A stretch of 16,895 bases of DNA from Bdellovibrionota bacterium (GCA_044356215.1 JBIKWQ010000074.1:1-16895), one strand, 5' to 3'; counted from the first letter of the stretch, positions 1 through 9,083 are shown. The notes: generated by a model not told the origin, from the sequence alone. A program made the numbers and translations.

Positions 1-18
1 TGAACGTAACTTTCTCAT
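1..18 (-). CDS. 5' end of a gene running off the left edge (MRKLRS...)
   Basis: ATG at 18-16 on the minus strand, preceded by AAGGAG at normal Shine-Dalgarno spacing; only 6 codons are visible. Confidence 0.5.
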
Positions 19-137
19 TGAGTGGTACTCCTTATTTAAGGTTAGTTTCTGTATTGATAACAAGCTATTAGCCTATTATCGATTACCACTCAATCTCTTA
101 ATTTCAACGGGAATTAGGACATCCTCTGTGTGCCTAA

Positions 138-320
138 GGAAGCAAGGCAAAACCCCTCCCTGCTGCGAAAGCGGATCTTGAGCTGCTCTTCGAGTTTTCG
201 TGACGAGAAAAAATCCTCAATGTATCTCAGAGGATACACTTGCGGTTTTTTCTCATCACGAAAATCGAATATCAACTCAATCTCCACTTTCTCGCTACGG
301 GTAGGTTTTGCCTCGCTTCC
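138..320 (+). mobile_element. 183-bp palindromic MITE, copy 1
   Basis: Imperfect TIRs GGAAGCAAGGCAAAACC...GGTTTTGCCTCGCTTCC; direct repeat CTAA at 134-137 and 321-324; near-identical to 4888-5070 and 6516-6698. Confidence 0.9.
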
Positions 321-597
321 CTAAGGAGAGTTTACGCTCAGGAGTGGCGCGTCTCTCGTTATTCAAGGGGATCTCGCGAGAGGATAATTGAGTGGAATGG
401 CGAGGAGATATCGGGCACCGCAAACGGAAAACCGTGGGAAGATATCCAGGTGCTCTCGGCTCCAGCATTGGGCGCAAGACTCACGCAAGACTATCTATTT
501 AGGAGTCTTAAAGACTTATTTGATCAGATAAAAGACTTAATCAAAGAGCCCCTGAGCGAGGCCGGTGCACCTTAGCAACCTACATTGCGCCGCGCTC

Positions 598-1710
598 TCA
601 TGGGTTCGGTGGATTGTTAACTTGAGTGGAATTGCTGATACCTATCTTTGTGTGATTTCTCAACACCTCTACCATTATATGAGCTCGAGCAGTTGGTTCT
701 GCAACGGCCACTACCAAATGAGATGCCGTAATGACCTTTGCCTTATACGCTAATAACAAGAGCCTCACGGGAGCTGCGGTGTCTGGGACCACGGAACCAA
801 ATTTACCATATTGCTCAAGTGCACGGCTCTGATCTAGTGAATAAAAGGTACTAAGTTCACTCGCGCATAAAGCTTCGAAATCGCTGAGAGCCTGCACCAC
901 TGCCTGAACTGCAGGATCGAGATCGCCTTCTTTAGCCCTCTCCAATTTCCTGATTGCGGCTTTGGTGCATCGGGGCTCGGATTCACTAGCAAGAAAATTC
1001 ACTGCCGCGGCAAGGAATGCCGGGTGGCTGCAAGCGTAAGATAACATGAGGGGGTGAAGTTTGCCGTTCCTTTCGCCTTCTTTCAGAGCACCTACTACAT
1101 CTGGCGCCCGGATCGCTGACTTTCTTTTGTTAAAGGTATCGGTGGCTATATCTACTTTCAGCCGTTCTTCCGGACTCTCCGAGCCCTGGATGAGGCGCAA
1201 TCTTTCTTCGGAGGTTTTAAAGGGACTTACCAGGCACATACGCACCGACAGGCTCTGAGCGTTCATCAAAGCACTTGCGGTGTCGTTGGCCCTGTCTCCT
1301 AGATCGAGTAACCCATTAGGGTTTATAACCGCCAGGTGCTGAGAATTTGAATCCGGCGTTATATTAAATGGTTTCTCCCACTTCTCTCCGGGAAGTTCTA
1401 CAATCTTGACGTAAAAGGCGAGCTTTCCTCTCTCTGAACCACCATCATTCGCGCGCCTCTGGCAGACACAGACAACAGAGGCTTGTAGCGTATCGATGCC
1501 TGTTTTTATTGACAAGCAGAAGGGGGCTCCTAAATTCTCTTTGGCAAGAGAAAATGGATTTCTACCCTCCCAGTGGGCATCAAAGTAGACTCCTAAGTCC
1601 AAACTGTTCAAAATTAGTTTCGCTTCTGTCTTGCGCTTATCAAATTGGTTCATGACTGGCCCCTGGGATAATCTCCCATTAAAGGTACCATCTCCATAGG
1701 TGCTAATCAA
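598..1710 (-). CDS. hypothetical protein (~350-370 aa; start uncertain, alternative ATG at 1653)
   Basis: Long ORF with no recognised motif. Confidence 0.7.
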   Translation of the reverse strand: MISTYGDGTFNGRLSQGPVMNQFDKRKTEAKLILNSLDLGVYFDAHWEGRNPFSLAKENLGAPFCLSIKTGIDTLQASVVCVCQRRANDGGSERGKLAFYVKIVELPGEKWEKPFNITPDSNSQHLAVINPNGLLDLGDRANDTASALMNAQSLSVRMCLVSPFKTSEERLRLIQGSESPEERLKVDIATDTFNKRKSAIRAPDVVGALKEGERNGKLHPLMLSYACSHPAFLAAAVNFLASESEPRCTKAAIRKLERAKEGDLDPAVQAVVQALSDFEALCASELSTFYSLDQSRALEQYGKFGSVVPDTAAPVRLLLLAYKAKVITASHLVVAVAEPTARAHIMVEVLRNHTKIGISNSTQVNNPPNP

Positions 1711-1866
1711 ACTTAGGGGGGGAGTCCGCAGGGCTACCTCTAAGTCCGCTAAGATACTGAGAGTATTTATTTAAACAATCGTACTGGCGCAAATGTTTTG
1801 CCTCTGATGGAAATGGAACTCAGTCGGCGCTAGCTAACTTGGTATCTGAGCCTTTTAAGAGGAACT

Positions 1867-1926
1867 AAACTCGAAGAGCAGCTCAAGATCCGCTTTCGCA
1901 GTAGGGAAGGGTTTTGCCGGCCTTCC
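1867..1926 (-). mobile_element. truncated MITE copy (left ~60 bp, inverted)
   Basis: Reverse complement reads GGAAGGCCGGCAAAACCCTTCCCTACTGCGAAAGCGGATCTTGAGCTGCTCTTCGAGTTT, one mismatch to the left arm of copies 2 and 3. Confidence 0.9.
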
Positions 1927-1938
1927 CTGAGTACCCAC

Positions 1939-2610
1939 TCATTTTTCCCAAACAGAAATTATAGAACTACTCAAGGGCATATAACCCACTACCATATCAA
2001 TCATATACAGCTTGTTGCGGATAGTTTGCTCATCTTGTTTAACGCCTTTCGGCAGAGGATCGGCCGTTAGGTCCGCCGGCACGAAAGTGTGATATCCTAG
2101 TTGGGCGGCTGTTCTCGCGGTTGAATCCACACATACGGATGCGTGTCCTCCAACAATAATGACGGTTTTGACGCCCTGACTTCGCAAATAGGCATCAAGC
2201 TCTGTGTTCATAAATGAATCATAGAGATATTTAGTAATCTGTTTGTCACTTTTAAGAGGGCGGACTTTATAATAATCCCATCCTTCTCCGTTTTCATCGA
2301 CGACCGACGGAATGTTAGCAAGTTTCATTTTGTGACGAATACTTTGTGGCATGTGTTCAGGGCGCTCGAGGTTCCTGATAAATACGGTTGCGGCGAGGGG
2401 AAAATCACGACTTCGCGCGAGAAAATTATCTATTCTCTCCGCTACTACCTCCAAATAATCAAAGTTCGCCTCTTCATATTTTATTAAATACTAACCCAAG
2501 GCTGACTTTGGATCGCAGTAAGCATTCATCATGTCCACTACAAGGAGAGCGGTTTCCGCCGGCTTGAGCAACTCGGCTATCCTAGGGTCGAGATGTTTAG
2601 CTTCAGACAT
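1939..2610 (-). pseudogene. isochorismatase/cysteine hydrolase family gene with an in-frame TAG at codon 40
   Basis: ATG at 2610 gives MSEAKHLDPRIAELLKPAETALLVVDMMNAYCDPKSALG*YLIK..., in frame with ORF 1939-2454; motifs ALLVVDMxN (Asp), ITKYLYDSF (Lys), GGHASVCVDSTAR (Cys); stop at 2493-2491. Confidence 0.8.
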
Positions 2611-2713
2611 AATCGATATAAAATATTTACGAAAGTTATACTAAGTCGATTGACTCATAAGCTACGGCCAGGATTGCCGTAAAATTGGGAAAACTAATAC
2701 AAAAAACGCATCA

Positions 2714-2959
2714 TCAGAGCCCCTCTTCATCGTCGCTTTGATTTTCCATGGTTTGATTCTCTCTAGCGAAGATGACATCCCACATCTCGTTCTGATGAAG
2801 CCAGATCAGATCGGCGATATCCTCAATGTTTTCGTACTCAGCGTGTGGGCGCCTGACTCTCTTCTGCTTTCCGTTAACAAATATAATCATCGTCTCTTTT
2901 TGTCGTCGAGCCTTATGTCTCCGCTGCTCGGTGGTCAATTTTTTCTTTCTTCCGGCCAT
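2714..2959 (-). CDS. small hypothetical protein (81 aa) with a basic N-terminus and acidic C-terminus
   Basis: AAAGGAG precedes the ATG at 2959; IFVNGKQKRVRRP...AD.IWLHQNEMW resembles a small conserved hypothetical family (from memory, unverified). Confidence 0.7.
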   Translation of the reverse strand: MAGRKKKLTTEQRRHKARRQKETMIIFVNGKQKRVRRPHAEYENIEDIADLIWLHQNEMWDVIFARENQTMENQSDDEEGL

Positions 2960-3033
2960 GCCTGCTCCTTTAAAAGTTAGAGGGATAGATCTCGCAGCGT
3001 CCTCACAATCCTGCAATAAAATGCGCTCTCTAT

Positions 3034-3608
3034 CTACTCCCCCAACTCCGCCCCATACCTCCAATGCTCACTCTCAAAGTAGCGGCCATATTTTGGATCG
3101 TTCGCGAATTTGAGCTGACTTATCGGTGACTCACTTAGATCTACTTTGGTTAGTTGGTCGAGAATAGTAGAGCCAGCGTAGCTAGGGTCTCTTTGCTTTG
3201 ACATTGCTTTCTCAACCATAGAGGCTATGGAATAGCCGGTCGCTACCTCGAAAAAGTACGATGACCCCTCTGGAGATTCGCGGAGCTTTTGAACGAACTC
3301 CTTCTTGACCCCTCCATAAACAAAGGAGCATTTATCTGTGATCCGAGCTGCCTGCTGCCTGAATGAGTCAGAGGCGAAGATATCCCCGCCAACGATATTA
3401 GGCGCGAAGTTCATCTGCTTGGATTGCCTTGTTTAACACTATTCCCCATATCCGTTAAGCCCCCACTAAGAGGTAGTAGAACGCCCACAGTATCGTGCTG
3501 TTGGCTATCGGCGACGCAGGATGAGGAAGCAGCTAAAAAGCTAATCGCTAGTGACAACGCGGTAAAGAGCGGTGCAAGGGATATCTTCATACTGTCAAAG
3601 TTTGCCAT
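3034..3608 (-). pseudogene. internally deleted and frameshifted ABC substrate-binding protein (PBP1/LivJ-like) paralog
   Basis: N-terminal piece 3608-3411 has a signal peptide and VGVLLPLSGGLTDMGNSVKQG; the C-terminal piece in another frame begins KQMNFAPNIVGGD, aligning with KQLGYAGKVITSD of the neighbouring paralog. Confidence 0.7.
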
Positions 3609-3610
3609 AG

Positions 3611-4729
3611 CTAGTCCCTAATCCTCAACTTCCCATCTCTTACTTCAAATACCTTCAGCGGCGAGCGCCACGAGCCTTCCTCAGAGAAGGTAATCTCACC
3701 GGTCGCGCCGCGGAATCGCTCTATTTGCAGAAGGCAATCTCTAACAGGAGTGCCAGTCAAGTCGTGCTCTTTTAGCGCGTGAGCCATCAAACGTACGCCG
3801 TCATAACCCCAGCTATGAAACACCATCATTAAAGGTTCCTTCACGAATCTCTCTTTATAGAGTCGCTTGAGGTGCAGAGCTTCTGGGTTATCCGGGTCCG
3901 ACGCCATTGTTTGCATGACTCCCTCAAGAGCTCCATCGCTCTGCGCGATTACCTGGTCTGTTATGTTATCAGATGTAATCACTTTTCCCGCGTAGCCTAG
4001 CTGCTTTAGCTGTTTGAAGAAGGGGATCGTGTGCGCTGTAATCGGGGCATAGATAGCCTCTGGATTGCCGCGTATCGCGCGAGTAAGGAGCGACCTGAAA
4101 TCTGAGTCGCTAGGGTTAATCTCTTCGTAAGATATGATCGCTCCACCTAGCTCCTGAAATTTATCCTTAAAACCTTTTGCAACGCCGAGCGACCATTCGG
4201 TGTTGGTAGTTATGACAGCTACACGTCTAGCATTCAAGCGATTGAAAACGAATTCGGCGGCTAGCTCATAAGTCGCTGGCAGCCAAGGTCCGATACCGAA
4301 AGAGTAATCACCGAGCGCTTCGATCTCTGGAGCAGAGTCCCACAGAGTGAGGTAGGGGATCTTAGCTCGCTCAAGCGGAGCGGCTGCTGATTTTGTTTCG
4401 ACGATCCCAGAGATTAGAACCCCTTTTACTTCAGGGTTAGCCGAGAATCGCTTGGCTAGCGTATGAGCTTCTTTCGGATTAAAATGAGAATCCTGAATAT
4501 CAAATCGTAGATGACGGCCGTTTATTCCTCCCGCTCTATTAATCTCATCGAGAGCTACCTCAGCGCCTTCTCGTATGGCGTTGCAGCCTGACGCTACCTC
4601 GCCTGTCAGGCAGAAGATTCCACCGATAGTTACTGGGGATTTGTTCGTGCCGGCCGGTTCGCATAGAGCGAGGCTCGAACTAAAAAGAGATATTATTAAG
4701 GCAGAGATGACGCCGGGTATCTTGTGCAT
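3611..4729 (-). CDS. ABC transporter substrate-binding protein, branched-chain amino acid (LivJ/LivK-like) family
   Basis: Signal peptide; IGGIFCLTG, INRAGGINGR, DSDFRSLLT, GYDGV and FRGATGEITF motifs; 372 aa. Confidence 0.92.
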   Translation of the reverse strand: MHKIPGVISALIISLFSSSLALCEPAGTNKSPVTIGGIFCLTGEVASGCNAIREGAEVALDEINRAGGINGRHLRFDIQDSHFNPKEAHTLAKRFSANPEVKGVLISGIVETKSAAAPLERAKIPYLTLWDSAPEIEALGDYSFGIGPWLPATYELAAEFVFNRLNARRVAVITTNTEWSLGVAKGFKDKFQELGGAIISYEEINPSDSDFRSLLTRAIRGNPEAIYAPITAHTIPFFKQLKQLGYAGKVITSDNITDQVIAQSDGALEGVMQTMASDPDNPEALHLKRLYKERFVKEPLMMVFHSWGYDGVRLMAHALKEHDLTGTPVRDCLLQIERFRGATGEITFSEEGSWRSPLKVFEVRDGKLRIRD

Positions 4730-4731
4730 AG

Positions 4732-4887
4732 TTACCTCAAATTAAAAACCATCAGGTACTCGTCATAGTAGTTTTGATCTATCTTAAGAACCCGGGGATC
4801 AGTCCCGTACACTGAGAAGCCTACCGCTTCATAAAGCCGCGCTGCCGCGGTATTGGTAGTAACTACATTTAAGTGTAGTTGCTCTAG
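4732..4887 (-). pseudogene. C-terminal fragment of a GNAT N-acetyltransferase truncated at MITE copy 2
   Basis: LEQLHLNVVTTNTAAARLYEAVGFSVYG...YYDEYLM matches GNAT motif B (L.V...N..A..LY...GF); the upstream part of ORF 4732-5037 is MITE sequence. Confidence 0.85.
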
Positions 4888-5070
4888 GGAAGGCCGGCAA
4901 AACCCCTCCCTACTGCGAAAGCGGATCTTGAGCTGCTCTTCGAGTTTTCGAGATGGGAAAAAATCCTCAATGTATCTCAGAGGATACACTTGCGGTTTTT
5001 TCTCATCACGAAAATCGAATATCAACTCAATCTCCACTTTCTCGCTACGGGTAGGTTTTGCCTCGCTTCC
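4888..5070 (+). mobile_element. 183-bp palindromic MITE, copy 2 (chimeric)
   Basis: CTAG at 4884-4887 and 5071-5074; left half identical to copy 3 and right half identical to copy 1. Confidence 0.9.
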
Positions 5071-5136
5071 CTAGTAAACCGCTCCAAACTAAGATACTCT
5101 TCCCCCTTGCATAGAACCGATCTGAAAATATCCCTC

Positions 5137-6396
5137 GTGATCCAGACGCACGCCACTTCGAACAGAGATGACGACACCCTACGTGCCACAGATCACGTAT
5201 TCTCATTAACGGAAAACCCTCTGGACGACTCTCTCTGGTCTGAGATCTTCTCTACTCCGATCTCAATCAGAAGATTATCAGGCATCAGCAAGCAGGAATT
5301 ATCTCCATTTTTCGAACGGGTACAACACCCAGGCTATACTACCTTCCAAACAAGTCAGGCGATCTGCCCAGACGATAAAGTAAAGTTGGGAAACCAGTAC
5401 GTCGACACTCAAAACTTCGGCACTGCCCAACAGACCCTGTACATAAAATGGGGTACCTTTAAATCTGGACTTCATTTCTTTACTGGATCGATCACCGAAG
5501 CCGGATCCTACTATATCACCGGGGCCTCTGGTGATCTGGATCAAGCGGCCCCATCTATTCTAAATTTTGAATTTTATGCAGTGGCAGACAAATACAGTGA
5601 GATACTTGCTCTGGGGAAAGGGGCCGCTAACCTGCGCACCGAGTTTGCGATGCGTGGTGTACCCGGAGCGCAGAGCTTCCTAGCAAGATTTAAAAGCTCT
5701 CATTCCTCTGCCTTGGGATCACTTTCTTATCATCCTCAGTTAAAGCTTCGCATCCCGGAGATCGAGGAAAGAGATGAGCTGAGCTCCGAGGATGCTCCAC
5801 CAGCGGCCTCCCCGACGAGTCCCTCATCTCCTGTCCTTTTGTTTTCTCCGAGCGTACAGCGTCTAATTGGACAGTTGCACGATCTCTCCCGAGAAGCCTT
5901 TTTTAGCGCGACCATCTACCTCGAAAATGTATACGGCGCCGACCCCGAGTCCATTCCACCTGATAATTGGTCTCCTAATTACATACTAGAGCCCGGAGTA
6001 CTGGCGTCAACAACCCCAGAAATCTTCACTAGAAAGGCCCAGGTGCGCTTTTCAACGCCGGACCAGCCGTGGTCTAGTATGGCTATCTTTCTGAGGGTCC
6101 CGACCAGCTCTTCACGTAACAGTGACGACCTAAAGGACGCCAAACTTTTGCTTGCTGGACCAGCAAATCGTTTTGGCCTACGAGAGATCTACTCAGTAAA
6201 TAACTCCCCAGACATTATCAGTAACGAATCTCTTATGCTGGAGCTATTTGAGGCTTTTCACACGGTCAACATAGGCGCACATCCATATGACCCTACGAAA
6301 CTATCCTCGCTTTTAGAACTGGCATCGCGCGCTAGGATAAAATGCTCGCCCGCAAGTCTGTTGGCGAGGATTGCGAGGAGAGATAAAAAGACCTGA
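5137..6396 (+). CDS. hypothetical protein (~420 aa; start uncertain)
   Basis: Long ORF; the ORF-track start at 4990 lies inside the MITE; in-frame GTG at 5137; central Pro/Ser-rich linker suggests two domains. Confidence 0.7.
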   Translation: MIQTHATSNRDDDTLRATDHVFSLTENPLDDSLWSEIFSTPISIRRLSGISKQELSPFFERVQHPGYTTFQTSQAICPDDKVKLGNQYVDTQNFGTAQQTLYIKWGTFKSGLHFFTGSITEAGSYYITGASGDLDQAAPSILNFEFYAVADKYSEILALGKGAANLRTEFAMRGVPGAQSFLARFKSSHSSALGSLSYHPQLKLRIPEIEERDELSSEDAPPAASPTSPSSPVLLFSPSVQRLIGQLHDLSREAFFSATIYLENVYGADPESIPPDNWSPNYILEPGVLASTTPEIFTRKAQVRFSTPDQPWSSMAIFLRVPTSSSRNSDDLKDAKLLLAGPANRFGLREIYSVNNSPDIISNESLMLELFEAFHTVNIGAHPYDPTKLSSLLELASRARIKCSPASLLARIARRDKKT

Positions 6397-6515
6397 CAGC
6401 AGCCACTAAATCTTTAAGTCATTCAGATTGCATGGAGCCCTGTAGACATTGGCACAGGAGAGACCTTATCTCGTCGCCACAGTTGTATTCCCAACCCTCT
6501 TCGTGCTAGCTCTAG

Positions 6516-6698
6516 GGAAGGCCGGCAAAACCCCTCCCTACTGCGAAAGCGGATCTTGAGCTGCTCTTCGAGTTTTCGAGATGGGAAAAAATCCTCAATG
6601 TATCACAGTGGATACACTTGCGGTTTTTTCCCATCTCAAAAATCGAATATCAACTCAACCTCCACTTTCTCGCTACGGGTAGGTTTTGCCGGCCTTCC
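6516..6698 (+). mobile_element. 183-bp palindromic MITE, copy 3
   Basis: Perfect 17-bp TIRs GGAAGGCCGGCAAAACC / GGTTTTGCCGGCCTTCC; CTAG at 6512-6515 and 6699-6702. Confidence 0.9.
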
Positions 6699-6731
6699 CT
6701 AGCTAATTCTTTATTTTATACGGTTACTTCC

Positions 6732-7856
6732 ATGGGCTTTACTTGCGGTATCGTTGGCCTTCCAAACGTCGGCAAATCAACTATCTTTAACGCGCTTACT
6801 TCAGCTAAGGCGGCAGCGGCTAACTTTCCCTTCTGCACCATTGAGCCTAATACTGGAGCTGTTCCGGTGCCGGACTCCCGCTTAGAGGTACTCGCTGAGA
6901 TCGCCAAATCAGCCAAGCTTATCCCTACACAGATCACCTTTGTTGATATAGCTGGCTTAATCCGCGGCGCGTCTAAGGGGGAAGGTTTAGGCAACCAGTT
7001 TCTAGGTCACATCCGTAGCGTTGACGCTATCGCGCATGTAGTTAGATGTTTTGATGACGAGAATATCGTTCACGTTGATGGGTCTATTAATCCACGCAGA
7101 GATGTTGAAACGATCGATACTGAGCTTATCATGGCTGACTACGACGCCATCCAGAAGCTCAAGTTAAAGACCGAGAAGCCAGCTAAAACCGGAGACAAAG
7201 CAGCCAAAGCTAGGTTAGGCATCATTGAGCCATTAGAGGCCTGGCTAGCTCAGGGCAAGCCTGCGCGAGCTTTCAAGGACTCAGGCCTGTGGAACGACAC
7301 CCCAGAGGATTACGCTGAGGTTACACAGAATCTTCTTACCTCTAAGCCTGTTCTCTTCGTCGCTAATGTTCCCGAATCCGAGATTAACTATGTTCCGGAC
7401 CCAAAAGGCTCTAAGGCAGTCGACTCTCTAGCAGCTTACGCTCGTGATATCAGCGCCCCTCTCGTGACGATATCGGGACAGGTAGAGGCTGAGATCGCCG
7501 AGCTTAATCCAGAGGAGCGCAAAGAGTTCCTCGCCTCACTGGGCTCAGAGTCCTCAGGTCTTGATCGTTTAACTGTCGCCGGCCACAAGCTTCTTAACTT
7601 AATTACCTTCTTTACGGTTGGACCAAAGGAGTGCCACGCCTGGACCGCTCCGGCTGGAAGCACAGCTCCACAATGCGCTGGCAAGATCCACTCAGATTTC
7701 GAGCGTGGCTTTATCCGCGCCGAGGTTATCTCGTATGAAGATTACGTCGAGAACGGCGGCGAGGTAAAAGCTAAAGAAGCCGGCAAGATGCGCACGGAAG
7801 GTAAAGAATACCTGATGCGCGACGGCGATATTGTGCACTTTAGATTCAACGTGTGA
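6732..7856 (+). CDS. ychF: redox-regulated ATPase YchF (Obg family)
   Basis: [54 protein letters not shown] and a C-terminal FRFNV. Confidence 0.98.
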   Translation: MGFTCGIVGLPNVGKSTIFNALTSAKAAAANFPFCTIEPNTGAVPVPDSRLEVLAEIAKSAKLIPTQITFVDIAGLIRGASKGEGLGNQFLGHIRSVDAIAHVVRCFDDENIVHVDGSINPRRDVETIDTELIMADYDAIQKLKLKTEKPAKTGDKAAKARLGIIEPLEAWLAQGKPARAFKDSGLWNDTPEDYAEVTQNLLTSKPVLFVANVPESEINYVPDPKGSKAVDSLAAYARDISAPLVTISGQVEAEIAELNPEERKEFLASLGSESSGLDRLTVAGHKLLNLITFFTVGPKECHAWTAPAGSTAPQCAGKIHSDFERGFIRAEVISYEDYVENGGEVKAKEAGKMRTEGKEYLMRDGDIVHFRFNV

Positions 7857-7862
7857 TGCGCA

Positions 7863-9083
7863 CTACGCCGCAGGCCACTCCTTCCCAAAAAGGGTATCAA
7901 CTGCCTCGTTGTAATCAACTCCTGGGATCTCAAATCCAAATAGGTTTAAGAACGCTCCCCGTAGAGCGGCGAAATAGTTTGCGTCTAGCACAGTGCCTGA
8001 TTGCAGGCCCGCCATCCTTGAGGTGACCTCGCTCTGGATCTTAACCTGCAGTTCACGGTCATCAACTCGCAACGCTACATCAGTTTCAGGTCCTACAGGC
8101 TCTTTGCCGAGAAGCTGTAGCATCCGATAAACGTGATCAAGGTTATCCTCGAATAGCCCCTGCTCCTTCATTACCTTCGAGTAAATCGATACGTAAAGCG
8201 GCACAGTTGGGATCGCTAAGCTAGCCTGGGTAACGGTTGCTTGAAGATACGCCACTCGAGCCATTCCTCCAGCCTTGGAGAGTTCACGATTAACAGAAAC
8301 GCACTTGGCCTTAACATCATCCTTGGCCTTGCCGATCGTTCCATCCTTATAAACTGGCCAGCTAAGAGATGGGCCCTCATAGGTATACGCCACAACCTTT
8401 AAATTATCTTCAGCAACACCCTGCTCCTTTAGGTAATCAACCCAGAGCTGAAGATCCTCACCACCCATTACCTTGGTTGTGTTGGCGATCTCTTCCTCTG
8501 AAGCTGGCTGTAAACTGGCTAGTGATAGCTTACCGCCATCAAGCTCTACGGTGAGTCCTGAATACGGAGCTCCTACTGGCTTAAGAACCGAGCTGTAAAC
8601 TGTGCCAGTAGTTGGATCCTTTCTCCTTGGGGCGGCGATGCTGTAAACAAAAATTCCTATCTTTCCAAACTTCTCTCTAATCAGCTTAACAACGCTCTCA
8701 CGGGTCTCTTGGGCGAACGCGTCACCGTTTAAGCTAAAGTGCTTTCCAGAGCCTGCACAACGGTTGTGGAACGCGTATGTGTTGTACCATCCCGCTGTAG
8801 CTGGGCGACTCTCTGAGGCTGCTGCGTCGAATCCTACTGAGATCGTTGATGCGCCAAGGTTCTCTGTCAGCACTACGCGAGTAGCCAAACCATAACCCGT
8901 AGTTCCACCTAGGATAAGCGCCTTAGGCGCAGAGCCTAGTCCCGCGATGGTTGGCTTTGACTTAGCTCTATCTGCCCACTCGTTAACAGTAACCGAGCAC
9001 CCCGTTGGGTGGCTGTTAATCGAGATAAAGCCCTTTGTCTTAGCTGGTATTACTCGTGCGTTAGGGTTGCTTGCGTCGGTCAT
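7863..9083 (-). CDS. fabV: enoyl-ACP reductase FabV / trans-2-enoyl-CoA reductase
   Basis: HPTGC, GGTTGYGLATR, TAGWYN, NGDAF, YSIAAPRR, VMGGED, YKDGTIGKAK (Y-x8-K) and LFGF; likely start ATG at 9083. Confidence 0.93.
   Translation of the reverse strand: MTDASNPNARVIPAKTKGFISINSHPTGCSVTVNEWADRAKSKPTIAGLGSAPKALILGGTTGYGLATRVVLTENLGASTISVGFDAAASESRPATAGWYNTYAFHNRCAGSGKHFSLNGDAFAQETRESVVKLIREKFGKIGIFVYSIAAPRRKDPTTGTVYSSVLKPVGAPYSGLTVELDGGKLSLASLQPASEEEIANTTKVMGGEDLQLWVDYLKEQGVAEDNLKVVAYTYEGPSLSWPVYKDGTIGKAKDDVKAKCVSVNRELSKAGGMARVAYLQATVTQASLAIPTVPLYVSIYSKVMKEQGLFEDNLDHVYRMLQLLGKEPVGPETDVALRVDDRELQVKIQSEVTSRMAGLQSGTVLDANYFAALRGAFLNLFGFEIPGVDYNEAVDTLFGKEWPAA

Noticed and set aside
130..575. ORFs 130-324, 240-575 and 295-477 as genes
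   Set aside because: Partly or wholly MITE-derived; 325-575 could be a gene remnant but no motif supports it
2491..2493. TAG reassignment (alternative genetic code)
   Set aside because: The SBP, fabV, HD hydrolase and leuS genes all terminate at TAG at expected lengths
2611..3033. Integron cassette/attC sites around the small gene
   Set aside because: No RYYYAAC...GTTRRRY paired structure and no integrase was seen
6618..6731. N-terminal extension of YchF, and a MITE-supplied promoter
   Set aside because: The extension is MITE sequence and the family start is MGFTCG at 6732; TTGCCG in the TIR has no properly spaced -10
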